DNA from: Octopus sinensis
Lineage: Eukaryota
Length of the DNA stretch: 64,000 nucleotides
Direction: 5' to 3'
Assembly (NCBI RefSeq): GCF_006345805.1
Contig: NC_043004.1
Coordinates: 65,968,001-66,032,000, forward strand
This document shows, piece by piece, positions 27,236 through 40,630 of this stretch. The translations under genes and the position numbers were made by a program. The notes beneath the pieces are model-generated. The model was not told the DNA's origin and did no database searches. It saw nothing but the letters and a program-made list of their open reading frames with translations. Positions within the stretch are counted from its first letter, which is position 1. Each line of letters starts with the position of its first letter.

Positions 27236-27555
27236 GATACGGCGACATGTGCTCGCGTATATGTAATATGACCTGACATACATTTTTAAAAAATGAAATA
27301 ACTTCAATTCTCGAACATGAGGGAATTAGTCTATAACTGGACGTTGTACTCAATACATTATACACTGATTCTGTATAATACCTGTATTAACAGCGTGACG
27401 AACCACTCTACTGTAATTGTGTGTGTGTATATGTATTTGTGTGTGTGTGTGTTGTGTGTGTGTGTGTGTGTGTCTTTGTGTTTGTCCACCATTACTGCTT
27501 GACAACTTGCGTCTATGTGTTAATAGTTCAGCAAAATAGATTAATAGAATAAGTA

Positions 27556-27892
27556 CAGATACCGAACTTCCTCCGGAAATCATGGGACCGGATGTGGTCC
27601 GGATTTCTGGATTTTCCGATCTTCTGGACACAAGCTAGATATATGCCGAAAATATAAAATAAACAATGGAAAGTAAAGAATCAAAATTGTATGAAATATA
27701 CAAGGTGATACTTTTCTAATATAGGGTCTCTTTGATCATTATTAAGGCACTTAAAATTCTTAAATCCATAAAAAAGCGGCCGCACGGAGAACTACTACAG
27801 CCTTCGAAATTCAAAGGTAGCCAGTTTAAAAAAATAGCCGGATTTCTGGTAATTCTGGACTTCTAGATTCCAGATAAGAGGTTCGGTACTTG
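27556..27892. mobile_element. 337-bp Tc1/mariner/pogo-type MITE inserted at TA within a decayed SINE tail
   Basis: TA|cagataccgaac ... gttcggtacttg|TA: imperfect TIRs with TA on both sides; SINE tail (gaataagta...gtcgattc) on both flanks. Confidence 0.65.
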
Positions 27893-29429
27893 TATTAAGT
27901 TTTAAAAAATTAGCTGAGTCGATTCTTTTGACTAACACACTCTTCAAGGCAATGCCATAGCCGGGCCGTAATGCAATGCCTGAATCAATTGAAAGATAAA
28001 CAAACGATAATTTTACATTTAATAAATATGTTACCGATCTGAATATACAATTAGTCGCTGGACTGTGAACCTTGAAGAACCGGTTTACAGACGACCGGCT
28101 GATGCCAGCATATAGGCCGCAATTGCCTCGATATCAAACCTGAGGTTGTAATTCTGACATAATTTTCAAAACTGTGTGAGAAACAGATCTCTGAAGGTCA
28201 CATTAATACTTTTACCGTTCTTCTGTATAAAATTTCTGAACTATTTTGACAAAGTCTTTAAGCGTAATTACAGCCGTAATTTCTATTTAAACATTGAAGG
28301 TGACTGTATGGAAATTAAAGATGTACTTGTTAATTTCTTTTAAGTTTGTCAATATATTTACTCTCACAATTCTTTAGTTATTTACTGCACCCTGCCATGG
28401 AATATAATAATATGCAAATACATAAAGGCGAGGTCTTTTACTCAATCAGCATCCATAAACAACACTCAGCGGGCGAAAACTGGAGAGCACTTTTGCGCAT
28501 TGTTGTATGAACAATCGAATCTAGTCAAACTATTTTCCGTACGTTCTGGAGAGAAAACTGTGTTTGATACACGTTGAGTAACTACAGAGACGATGCTTAT
28601 TGTTAGTATGCCTGTATGTGTTTAAATGCATTTGTGTATTGAAGAAAAATAAAATATTGTTGTTTAGTGAAAATATCTACGTGTGAAATGCAGTAGCTCT
28701 TTTGTTAAATTAAGCAAGGGAAACACATGCATTGGTTTAATAAATAATTAACTTGTATATAAGAATATAACAATCCACTTAAAATGAGATGAGTTTAAAA
28801 CATGGAGCAAACTTACATGTGTGCTTATCATATTTTCAATGAAGCGTTACCTAGGTTTCATTCATATACATTCCTGCCAATCATTTATAGTTTCAAAATC
28901 CTTGATTAATCATATATCTGCAGACGAAATTCTAAACTCTCACTGAATATAATATTTGAAGAATAGTACTCCTCTTGCAGAAATAGAGAACTGAGAGCGC
29001 TGGGTTCAACTCAAAGATCCCAAATAGTTCAGTTGTAATCGATATCATTTAATAATAACAACAATGCATATACTTCGCCTATTGAATCATATCCTTTTAT
29101 TCTTTTATTTATTTCGGTCATTTAACTGCGGCCATGCTGAAGCACCGTCTTTTTAGTTGAACAAATCGACCCCGCGACTTATTCTTTGTTAGCCTTGTAC
29201 TTATTCTACCGGTCGGTTTTGCCTAACCGCTTAGTTACGGAAACGTCAACACACCTACAGCGTTTGTCAAGTAAACATTGTTAAACAAAACATAACTTCC
29301 ATTATTCTATTAACTGTATATCAGCTGTCCCGAAACTGCCCATAACAAAGGAGCAAATAATACAATGTGCTTGTAGGTCATAACACCCGGGAAAAGCCGC
29401 GATGCATTGCTAGAGTGTGTGTGTATTTA

Positions 29430-29466
<37 letters not shown>

Positions 29467-29604
29467 CAGGTTTCTTTCCGTTTCCGTCTACCAAATCCAC
29501 TCACAAGGCTTTGATATGCCCGACGCTATAGTAGAACGTACTTCCTAAAGTTACCACGTAGTAGGACTGACCCCGGGACCATGTGGATGGTAAGCAAGCT
29601 ACTT

Positions 29605-31524
29605 TATTTTATCAAAATTGCCATAGAGGCAGTACAAATATTGGTAGCTTTGTGGGTTGGACAAGACATTGATGAGGCGAATGATAATAATACAGGATGA
29701 TAAAAATCGGAGAAAACAGAGAGCGGCCGCGACCCTCTGCTTCTCTAAAACATTGTTCTTTTAAAAAGACACATCTTCATGTAATAAGCCTCTTACAGAA
29801 ATAACAACAATATTAGTGCACATTTATATTTTTCGGCGCTAAGCTTATTCTTTTTCGCCCCCGACCAGGCTGTGGGCTGCCCATAGGTACCGCCCCGGAT
29901 CCCGGTCGAAGTCCCAAATCACAGTTCTGTACGAGTCCTTCATAAAGGAGCCCACCACCACGGACATGTTGGTCTCCGACATGACCATCGCAGGCTAAGG
30001 GCTCCTCGCAGAAACCTCGCTTCCTTAGGAAGCTTTCTATTGCCCCTCCCTTCAGGAAGAATACGACAAACTCGTCTTCCCTTCTTCTGGGATGGGTCAC
30101 TGCTCACTCTGTCGGTGGCACACTTCCCACCGACAGGGTTTTGGCGCATGCTAGCAGTTGATCGTCAACTGCCGGCGATGTCCCATTCTTTTTTCCTTTT
30201 CTCTTCTCGACGGGAGGGTGGAGTTCCTCCAACTTGTCCGGGAGTTCCTCCTTCCCTCCTGCCGCCTCAGAATCCCTCGGTGGGCAACTATTGTTGCCTA
30301 CCTTCTTGCTTTTTTTCCTTTCGAAGGGGTTACCTCCTCCTCTACCTCTCCATCCGTTATATGATCAAGATTGGTGGAAAACAATCCTCCTCTATTTCGC
30401 CAGTGCCCTTGCTTGGTTCTTGAGGCAATTCTTCTTTATATGGCCCGATTTGAGGCACAGGTGACACTTGGGGTGGGGCAGGCGTCCCTTAAGAATCACC
30501 GGATACCTAGAACCGGCCATCTTTAGAAAATCTGGGAAAACTAGATCTTTGGCTGATTGGGTACATAATTGCTTTCAACCCCACCCAATCAGCCACAGGA
30601 AGCTTTCTAACATTCAAGAGCATGGCTCCGCTGCCACCCAGACCCCGGCGGACAGTGTCCTCTATCCACTCAGGCTCTGTTCCGGGTGGCAGCCCACTCA
30701 CCAAGGCTCTTGTCAATTTCCTCCCACGATATGTAGGGAGAAACAAAATTTTTCCCCTTCCAGAGGCTGACTAGCGAAAATGCTATCCTCTTTAAGAGTG
30801 TCAAACAGTAACTACACTGCTGGAAATTTGTCACCCCTTGCAATATACTTGATAGTTGTCAGGTATTCTGCCAACTCTTTTTCCATTTTGACCTGAGAGA
30901 ACACAGTGTTGGTGTCGGGTGACTTGGAGTATGTCCTCAACACCACCATTCTCTTATTTTGGTCCTCTAACCACTGCTTGGGAGGCACAATTTCCCACTC
31001 CAGCACAGTGGTTTTCTTTGTTGCCATAATTTAATACCACAAAGAAACAAAAAAGAGTTCAGCAAAAAGTTCAAATGTTCTAAATAAATGTTCAGTCATA
31101 AACACAAAAAAAAAATAAGAACAGAAGGACAGAGCAAGAAAAAGAACGAAGGAAGTTAGTTCAATACACGGCAACACAATTCCGCAACTCTGTAAACCGC
31201 AGTAATACAGGGTACTCCAGTCGCAGCACAAATTAGTCATTCCTGCCTTGGCAATCCTTTCCCCTGGAAAATCCAATGGAACAAACACAGTAACACAAAC
31301 AAAATTTTCAGAAAAATATTAATTTTTACGCACGACCATAGGCAGGCAAATGTCTGGAGCAGAGTGGAGACAGTTGCTCAACAAAAATTATTAAATGCAG
31401 AGAAACAAACTCTACTAAGCCCTCAAAAGAATACTTCAAACGCCTACCTGTAGTGGAGCCTCAAAGTTCAATATTTCACGACGAAAGACGGGAATTCAAG
31501 CAGCAAGAGCTCCCTTGTAGTAAA
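29605..31524 (-). mobile_element. Non-autonomous L1/Tx1-like non-LTR retroelement (ORF1 only) with a 16-bp TSD
   Basis: TSD GGTAAGCAAGCTACTT (29589-29604) and GGTAAGGAAGCTACTT (31525-31540); about 500-bp 5' UTR, about 1.2-kb ORF1, about 200-bp 3' UTR ending ttgataaaata; no RT or endonuclease seen. Confidence 0.8.
29813..31027 (-). pseudogene. Gag-like/LINE ORF1 with a CCHC zinc knuckle, disrupted by a stop and several frameshifts
   Basis: MATKKTTVLEW...LFLPTYRGRKLTRALVSGLPPG...FPDFLKMAGSRYPVILKGRLPHPK-CHLCLKSGHIKKNC (CX2CX4HX4C), then a low-complexity charged tail. Confidence 0.75.
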
Positions 31525-32032
31525 GGTAAGGAAGCTACTTACCACACGACCACTCCTGCGCTTATATGGTCATTTTTCGTACTACCATGCGTTACACAGA
31601 ATTCATTGTGCCTTATTGTCTACAGAAGATTGCACGGACGATTTCAAACAATTAACACCACATGTATGACGTTGCCATTCGTTAACAACTTTTGCGCGAG
31701 GAAAATAATATAGTAAACAAATACATGCACAAACAAGTATGTATGTATGTATGTATGTGTGTGTCCCTGTGTATTTATGTATACGTATGCATAGAACTTA
31801 GATGACGCGCTTCTTTCAGTTTCCGCTCACAAATGCTACGCTAGTGGCTATAGTGGACGTCACCTGCATAACGTGCTACGCGGTAGATTTAAAGTTAAAA
31901 CAATGGGATTGGGATGCACGGTTCTTCTAAAACACGTAATATACGCAGAAAGCATGCAACTCTGTCTTTTGCCACTTCCGTATCTATACGTAATTACTTA
32001 TGATTTCATCCCACATCACCAGTTCTGCTTAC

Positions 32033-32260
32033 CGAAAGTGGCCCACTCGGCACCGTGCATTCGTCGCGTCACAATGGTTGCGATGTACGGCCGCCTCTAA
32101 TCAGGAGAGGAGCGGCCCGTTTCGTCCGTTCCGATTTCGAAAATTGATCGACGCCGTCAACGTTCCCGGGGCCATCGTTCGTTTGCTTTACCGAACGGAT
32201 TTGCCTATCGTTCTCCCGCTTGTATTTTTGATTGTAATATTCGGTCCACGGCTGAAAAGA
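32033..32260 (-). promoter_or_regulatory. CpG-rich island ending in a consensus splice donor; candidate first exon or regulatory element
   Basis: Unusually CpG-dense and not repeated in this window; minus strand ends ...ccactttcg|GTAAGC at 32033/32032. Confidence 0.3.
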
Positions 32261-33749
32261 ATTTTGCTTAAAGTTTAAATCTTTATATGCGCTAATTTTC
32301 AAGTAGCAGAATTGCTTCACGTTATATTAGATGCTTAAATTTATTCTACATACTGAAGATGAATAAACTAAGGGGAATAACTCAGAGCAACTAGTGGCAT
32401 GTATATTAATAATAATGTTTATAGTGTGTTCCTTGTAGTGTTTATATGTGTGTGTTTGTTAATATTTGCGTAGGTATCGGTCTCACTCTTACCACGGAAA
32501 CAATTACTACAGGGTTTATCACTAATTAAGTAATTTATAGGCCGCATCTTTGTTTCATCGCGACCATTTTAACCCTGTTCTATTAATTTTATATTTCGCA
32601 TTCCATGTACAGTGATTACATAATTTCTACTAGGCTGTTTTTATCATTACCTAATCTGGATATCTTTGCCAATAAAGCCTGATAATTTATTTTCCATGTT
32701 AGATTTGATAATCAATGAGCAATGAATTTTGATCGTCACTTCCCAATATCTCTTTATATGAATATGTGCCAAGGAATTGGGATATTCAAGAGAACTTGCC
32801 TCTATTTCCAGTTACAACTAATGCGTTATTCTAATGTCAGTCGCCTTTGTTGATAACATACTTTTTATCTGATGACGTATCAGATTTCTCTGTTAATATT
32901 TTCTGCGAATCAAACGAACATTAAAATGTTTCGTTCTATTTCCTGTGGGATTAATGAATAACAGTGTTTTAGTGATGTGTAATGTCTAAGAAATTGATTA
33001 TATTCACGTTTTGGGTACAGTTATTTCAATGAAAGAGTTTGAAGATGTTTTAGAATTTTCAGAATTTTATCATGTCATGATGTGATAGTGTTAAACATTT
33101 ATCTTCGTAATAGGATATCTTCAATAATAATAAGAAAAGCTCCCTAGGTCAATGAACTCAGTGCTACAAAAGATTTCATCCTAAAATAAAACTGCATGCT
33201 AAAACTGACGCAGACTATATAAAATGGTTTATATATATATATTGCTATTATGATCGAGGAATTTTGTACCATTATCATTAAAGATGAAGTATATTTTACC
33301 AAAGCGTAGGAGCCCTAGAGAGCAATGAAACAGAGATGACTGGATAGATCTCACAATGCGGTACTGATATAGTATATAACTCATATAATGAGTGTATATA
33401 AAAATATAATACCAAAAGGTATGTATGTATGTGTGTGTGTGTGTGTGTGTGTGTGCTTTTGTGCATATGAAAGTAAAGAAATTTAAGACTGGCATGGATT
33501 ATATGCGTACAAGAGGCTTTGGACAACACAGAAGATGGTAATTGCTATAACAACGATATTCTACAGAAACTGTAAGCACAACCTGGCCACATATCTATAT
33601 TCACAAAAAGATATATGAGGTGTATTGTTTGATTAATTCCGTTTTATATTCTCGCTCTCATTGCTATTCTGTTTCACCCTTTATATATTTATTTATATGT
33701 ACATACATACACCGTCCAACACACCGACACAATATACAAACATACATGC

Positions 33750-33818
<69 letters not shown>

Positions 33819-34005
33819 AACATATATATATATATATATAAATACATACATACATACATATGGGTATATGTATGTGTATATGTATATAAGCATATACATA
33901 CGTATATATATATATATAACACTATATATATATGTGTGTGCGTGGGTGTGGGTTTGTGTGCGACATTATAAAACGTAAAAATATACAGAGGCAGAGGGGC
34001 ACAAC

Positions 34006-34036
<31 letters not shown>

Positions 34037-34244
34037 TCACACACACACACAAATAGTCAAATATGTATTAACACACATTTTATTTATAAACATATATACA
34101 TTCATATATATATTATATATAAATATAATATGCATATATATATGTCTATATATATATGCATATATATATATATATATATTATATATACATTCACATAGGG
34201 GGTTGCATCAAAAGCGTTATCATTATTTTTGTTCTTGTCGTTTT

Positions 34245-34570
<326 letters not shown>

Positions 34571-34860
34571 CATTGCTGTTTCTCATTGATATTGAAGATG
34601 AAAGAGATGACACGGAATGGCGAAGGAATAAAGTTATAACATCATTACACGTAGATACATACGTGTATTCACACTCACACATACACAGGCGCAAAGACAC
34701 TTCGTTATACACTGACACACACATGCAATTCCCACGCAGACACGTGCATATGTACATATATATATATATATATATATGTATCTATTGGTATATATATATA
34801 TATATATATGTATATAAATACATATGTATATATACAAATATATATATACATATATATGTG

Positions 34861-34918
<58 letters not shown>

Positions 34919-35179
34919 CATATATATCTATATATAAATAAAACGTTTCATCTTTGTAATATATTGATCATGTCAGTCGATGTCTTTCATGTTAGGCAGT
35001 GTTTCTATATTTCACCGTGCTACTGTGTATAGATTTGTATTGTCTATCTGTCGGATATAAATGCACACATTATACATGCATACGTGTGTACAGATGTAGA
35101 CAACTATATAAAACATGTGTACATTAGATACATACATAGTAATATATATGTACATATATGTCCATGTATATACATACAT

Positions 35180-35216
<37 letters not shown>

Positions 35217-35378
35217 GTATAGATATGCAAACACATACATGGTATTGTGTCTGTGAATGTATGTGTGTATAGTTTAAGACACATTATATAAACAATATTT
35301 ATCATATACGTTTGTAAACAATATTTTGAAAGCACATATTAACGCATTTTCCACCATGTAACGAACAGTACAGCTCTT

Positions 35379-35422
35379 GTTTACTGAAGAAGCAAATATA
35401 CATTTGTGAAGCGCACGTAACC
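35379..35422 (+). ncRNA. Degenerate hammerhead-like motif
   Basis: CTGAAGAA-gcaaat atac atttgt-GAAg-cgcacgTA: 6-bp stem II is intact, stems I and III are decayed. Confidence 0.4.
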
Positions 35423-36259
35423 TAGCCTAATATTTTCCCGTTTTTTAGATATTGTCTGGTTTTCCCAAAGTACTTTGGTTCATAATAAATGGGAGGGGAA
35501 CCATACTGATTCGTGAGAAACAAAGTCCCACGTGCGCAGTATTGTATTTTAGAAACTACAAATGCATTATAATATCTGTTTGTTGTACAGTTTTATGATC
35601 TTCTATACACTATTTCAGTTATTGTTTAACCCCATTTCAGCTCTGCTACAGGTATATTTTAGGGAGAATAATGGCCGAAATGTGTCAAAGTTAGATAATT
35701 GTGCCTTATGTTGATAACTGATATATCCAAGACTTCATTACTAAACGTCTGTCTTTTCCTCACAGAGAATGGCTTCTGATTTAGTTTTCGGAATTTGTCT
35801 GCTATTTCTATTTTGAAGAGCTGAAAAGAATACGTAATATTAGTTTAGTTAAGTCTCCTCCTTCATTCAAGTTTTTTACGTTGATACTAACCCAAGAGTT
35901 TTCCATATAACTGAAAATTAATTCGTATAAACTATTATTTAAACCTTATAAAAATACTATAATATATTAACAGACACTCATGCTACCCACCTACTATATT
36001 TAGTAAGTTAATTCCAAATATTTGCCGTAGAATTTTATGCCTTTCTTCATCTATTGTTGTCTTTGAAAACGCATTCTCATATTATAATAAGGCTTTCCAA
36101 GATATCGGCTTCAATGATAATATATTTTATATCCATCTACCTTCGCAACCAACTCGTCGCAGGAGTCAACCCAACACATTTTTATGCTTCTTCCTTCGCC
36201 CTAGATGTTAGGACAAATATAGTTAGAAACGTCTTACATTTATTAGTTACTCACATTCC

Positions 36260-36700
36260 AAGCAACTACAAGTACAGAAGATGGGAATACGGCTAAAATC
36301 ACACAGTTCTGTCTCCCTAATATAATGATTGTATAAAGAAACATATCAGAACTCAGACGTATCCTGTATGAACATGCAGAGATAAGACTAAACGTACCTA
36401 AAGGCTGGCATGTGAAATTCCCTTCTTTGTTTATGAAGCTCTGATATCAGCAAACTATGCCAATGGTCGAATAGAAACCGATCACTGTATAGGATCAGTG
36501 GAAGGGAATTTGAAACCAGACACAATAATCATATTTCGAGAGTTAGAGAAGAGTCATGCAGCAACCCTCTGGAAATCTAAGGACGACAACTTCAGCAACA
36601 AACTCAAATAGAAGATATTTTCTAAAAGTAAACCTTATGTCAACGAGTAAAAAGGAATCCTATATGCTTACTTGAAACAAAACTGTGTCTTTTAAAATAC
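36260..36700 (+). pseudogene. Penelope-like GIY-YIG endonuclease relic
   Basis: ETDHCIGSVEGN..., ELEKSHAATLWKSKDDNFSNKLK*KIFSKSKPY resemble the PLE YIG.TE..FK / LS..IW.LKD / IKW.I...PY motifs. Confidence 0.5.
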
Positions 36701-37111
36701 ATATATAGACCACTGGTCACATCATAAACAGTTCTAGTGTTGGTTTGTGTGATTCTGATATTCGTAAGGTTCTGTGTATATTTACTGTGAAGTTAATTAC
36801 CTTACTTGTGTTACTTGTTATCTTCTTCTCAATGCGCCTGTTTATTCAAACGTGGAATAAATCGAACGCAGTTACTAAACCACCTTGTTCTTGTCAACTT
36901 GATAGACCGGCAAACATATTAATATTTCGGCCAGGAAAAACTGGCTACTTATGTATCACATGGATTTCTGTGGACTTTGTCATAATGATATCTTTCTTCG
37001 CTTAGCTAATAGCATGATGCACTATCTGCTGAAAATCTTACCACACAATATATAAATATATGTATATGTGTATGTGTGTCTGCACGCACATGTGTGTATC
37101 CAGTGTGTATA

Positions 37112-38330
37112 TTGGTTCACTCCATAAATAATGCGGTTTTTTCCAGCTACATGAACATCGGAGGGGAATGAGATAAACTACCTCCGGTAGTAATATTACT
37201 TTGTGCTTATTCTCAGTGTAAGATTTAAGTTATTTTTCCGAAGCTATAATGGAAGTGACTAATATTCAGCATATTTCTCTTTATGTGTTCAAAAAAGGCA
37301 ACAACGCAAGAAGAATATTAAAGCAGTATATAGGGATCGGATAATAAGCGTAAGCCAGTGTCAACGGTAGTTCCAGAATTCCAAGCCGGAAACTATAGCG
37401 TAGAAGATGAGGCTCGTCCTGGAAACTTTTTAGAGCTCGACGTGGACGTCCTGCAAACTCTGGCGGAACAAAATCCCATTTTAGCTGTTGAGAAACCAAC
37501 AAAAAAGCTTGGATTTGGTCGTTCAACCTTCCATCGACATCTGCGTATCATCGAAAAATTCAGAAAATTGGATCAATGTGTTCCTCACAAACTTTCCGAG
37601 TCTAATCACGCACAGAGTGGGAATGTGTGCACTTCTTTGCAGTCACGTCTCACGAATGAACCATTTGGGGGCCGAATAGTAAGTAGTGACGAGAAATGGT
37701 TCTCTATAAAAATGCCAAGCGTCGAAGACTGGATAGGAAAAGGAAAAACACCGGCACCCCATGTTAAAGTGGATCTTCTCTCACGTAAATTGCTGTTACC
37801 TGTTTGGTGGGATATGAAAGGTTTATTCTACTTTGGACTTGTGAACTCAAACCAAACGATAACAAAGGAAATCTACTGCGAACAGCTTGCGCGGCTTAAG
37901 TCAGCGCTAGAACGAAAACGATTATCTTTGGCTTCAAGATGAAGAGTATTCTTCCAGCAGAATAATGCTCAGCCACATACATCGAAGATAACATTCCAAG
38001 GCTGGAATAGTTTGAATAGGAAACGTTGCCACACCCACCATATTTAGCGGACACCTTCCCATCTGATTATCATTTATTTCGCAGTCTTCAAAATCATTTG
38101 GACGGAAGAAATACGAATTCTGCAGATGTGGTCAAGACAGTACTGGAGGAGCATTTTACGTCACGGACAAGTGAATTTTGGAAGAGAGGCCTTGCAAGTC
38201 AAGCAGAGAGATGGAAGAGCTTTGTAGAAAATAAAATAGGGTATTTTTTTGATAAAAAAAGAACGTTGTTCATCTTCAATAAAATAAGATAAAAAGCCAT
38301 AAAAACCGCATTATTTATGGGATGACCCTA
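37112..38330 (+). mobile_element. Mariner transposon, full length, decayed
   Basis: 29-bp TIRs ttggttcactccataaataatgcggtttt and tagggtcatcccataaataatgcggtttt (4 mismatches); left TA intact. Confidence 0.9.
37249..38292 (+). pseudogene. Mariner (D,D34D-type) transposase, frameshifted
   Basis: MEVTNIQHISLYVFKKGNNA, CVPHKLS (WVPH), SSDEKW, QQNNAQPH, PHPPYLADTFPSDYHLF. Confidence 0.9.
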
Positions 38331-38420
38331 CACATGCACAAACACATGCATTTATATATAAATGTATACATACACAGACGCGCGCGTACATATACACATA
38401 CATAGACACACGCACATACC

Positions 38421-38463
<43 letters not shown>

Positions 38464-38698
38464 GTCGTCATAGGTAGCAGGTATAGATATCGGTATGTAA
38501 TGTAATATTATAATGAACGATATTTATTTATAACTTTTAAAGTTGGCGACAAATTTGTTAAACATTCAGACTTTGTGCACACTCGATTATTATTTTGGTG
38601 GGAAGGCAAATAATAAATGAATAATTAAAAACACGTCGCCGACCGCGTACCTAGCGGTGCATAAAGTGGTGAAATCTTAAACAAAATATATAAAGTAA

Positions 38699-39264
38699 AA
38701 TATTAAAAAAATAACATTTGATTGAAATCCAAGATATATTTAGAGCCTCCCAGGGACACTTTATTCTTTTATTCTTTTATTCGTTTCAGTCATTTTGACT
38801 GCGACCATTCTGGAGCACCGCCTTTACTCGAGCAAATCGACCCCAGGACTTATTCTTTGTAAGCCTAGTACTTATTCTATCGGTCTCTCATGCCGTACTG
38901 CTAGGTTACGGGGACGTAAACACACCAACATCGATATCAAGCGATGTTTGGGGGAGGACACACACACAAACATACGCACACACACACAGGCACACAAACA
39001 CACAGACGCACACACACACACATACAAATCTCACGTTGGAGAGATGCACAACCATGGGACAAGCAACAGCAAATAGACTTTAAGCCACCCTGACTTGGAT
39101 TCAACAGAAGATGAACAAGAACGATTTGCTCGAGTAAAAGCGGTACTCCAGCATGGCCGCAGTCAAAATGACTGAAACGAATAAAAGAATCAAAGAAATA
39201 AGTGTCCCTGGGAGGCTCTAAATTTATCTTGAATTTCAATCAAATGTAATTTTTTTTTAATATT
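38699..39264. repeat. About 141-bp inverted duplication of a SINE tail plus its flank
   Basis: 38699-38839 versus 39122-39264, about 90% identical including non-SINE flank. Confidence 0.85.
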
Positions 39265-39269
39265 CTCGC

Positions 39270-39471
39270 GTGTGTATCGTTGGCGATTTTCTCTCTCCGT
39301 CTTCCCTCCCTTGGACCTTTCCTTTTTCTATATTTTAGACGATGAGCACCACCCGAAACGTTAAATCCTCCTTCTTTCTTTCTTTCTTTCTTTCTATCCA
39401 GGGCGTCCAATAACACTATACTTGTTCCATGTCTTTGCGTTGTTGCGTTTCCTCTTTGTTCATGTTTGGAT

Positions 39472-39475
<4 letters not shown>
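39270..39475 (+). mobile_element. Penelope-like pseudo-LTR fragment with a decayed hammerhead motif (39331-39366)
   Basis: taGACGAT-gagc acca ccc-GAAA-cgTTaaa. Confidence 0.45.
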
Positions 39476-39499
<24 letters not shown>

Positions 39500-39502
<3 letters not shown>

Positions 39503-39668
39503 TCGACGGGCTTCTTTCAGTTTCCGTCTACCAAATCCACTCACAAATTTTTGATCGGTCCGAGTCTATAGTAGAAGACACTTTCCCAAGATGCCACGCA
39601 GTGGGACTGAACATGGAACCATGTGGTTGATTAGCAAGATACTTACCACACACCCACTCCTACGCCTA
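39500..39668 (-). mobile_element. SINE family A, 5' half
   Basis: Intact head. Confidence 0.85.
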
Positions 39669-39824
39669 CAGAATCTGTGCAGAATTATCTTCTTTATTTC
39701 AACATCATAATCGTGTGTAATTGCTGTCCAAAAGATACGAAACATAGTTATGCTCGAAATATATTCTCGAAATATATTTTTTTATGCCTTTGATATGTTT
39801 TCTGCACATTCAATATATCTTGTA

Positions 39825-40000
39825 TGGAGGCACATGGCCTAGTGGTTAGAGCAGCGGACTCGCGGTCGAAGGATCATGGGTTGAAATCTTGCAGCTCACC
39901 TGTGACGTACCGGCGTCTCGTCCATGTGGGGAACCTATACGACAAAACAAAAACGATAAAACGGCTCTAATGAGCAAGGCATGGCTCGAGAAGGAACAGA
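39825..40000 (+). mobile_element. SINE family C, tRNA-derived head fragment
   Basis: ggaggcacatggcctagtggttagagcagcggactcgcggtcg; same head on the minus strand at 63290-63810. Confidence 0.75.
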
Positions 40001-40241
40001 CAACAAAATATCTTGCACGGCGTTATAAGTTACAAGTTTGACCTGTTGTCCTTTGCTGTTGTATTGAATCACAAGCTACACCGAACTCATTGAACTCTTT
40101 TTGAGCTTGTGAAAAAGAACAGCGTTCATGAAACTTGGAGGCCCTCCGAAACTAATGAGCTTGACGCCTTTAATATTCCATTTATATTGTTACCGTTTGC
40201 CACCCGCAAAAAATACGCTTTTGTGCTGAAAGATCGATATA

Positions 40242-40630
40242 GGTGTAGGAGTGGCTGTGGAAAGTAGCTTGCTTAACAACCACATGGTTCTGGGTTCAGT
40301 CCCCCTCCGTGGCATCTTGGGCGAAGTGTTTTCTACTAGAGCCTCGGGCCGATTAAAGCTTTGTGAGTGGACTTGGTAGACGGAAACTGAAAGAAGCCCG
40401 TCGTATATATATATGTTTGTATATGTTTGTGAGTCTGTCCCCCACCAACATCGCTTGACAACCGATGCTGGTGTGTTTACGTCCCTGCAACTTAGCGGTT
40501 CGGCAAAAGAGACCGCTATAATAAGTACTAGGCTTACAAAGAATAAGTCCTGGGGTCGATTGCTCGACTAAAGGCGGTGCTCCAGGATGGCAACAGTCAC
40601 ATGACTGAAACAAATAAAAGAGTAAAAAGA
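40242..40630 (+). mobile_element. SINE family A, full length
   Basis: Complete head to tail. Confidence 0.9.

Larger units (their letters stand above)
29100..31562 (-). mobile_element. SINE family A split in its head by a 1.92-kb insertion
   Basis: SINE sequence runs to 29604 and resumes at 31525 as ggtaaggaagctacttaccacacgaccactcctgcgc. Confidence 0.9.
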
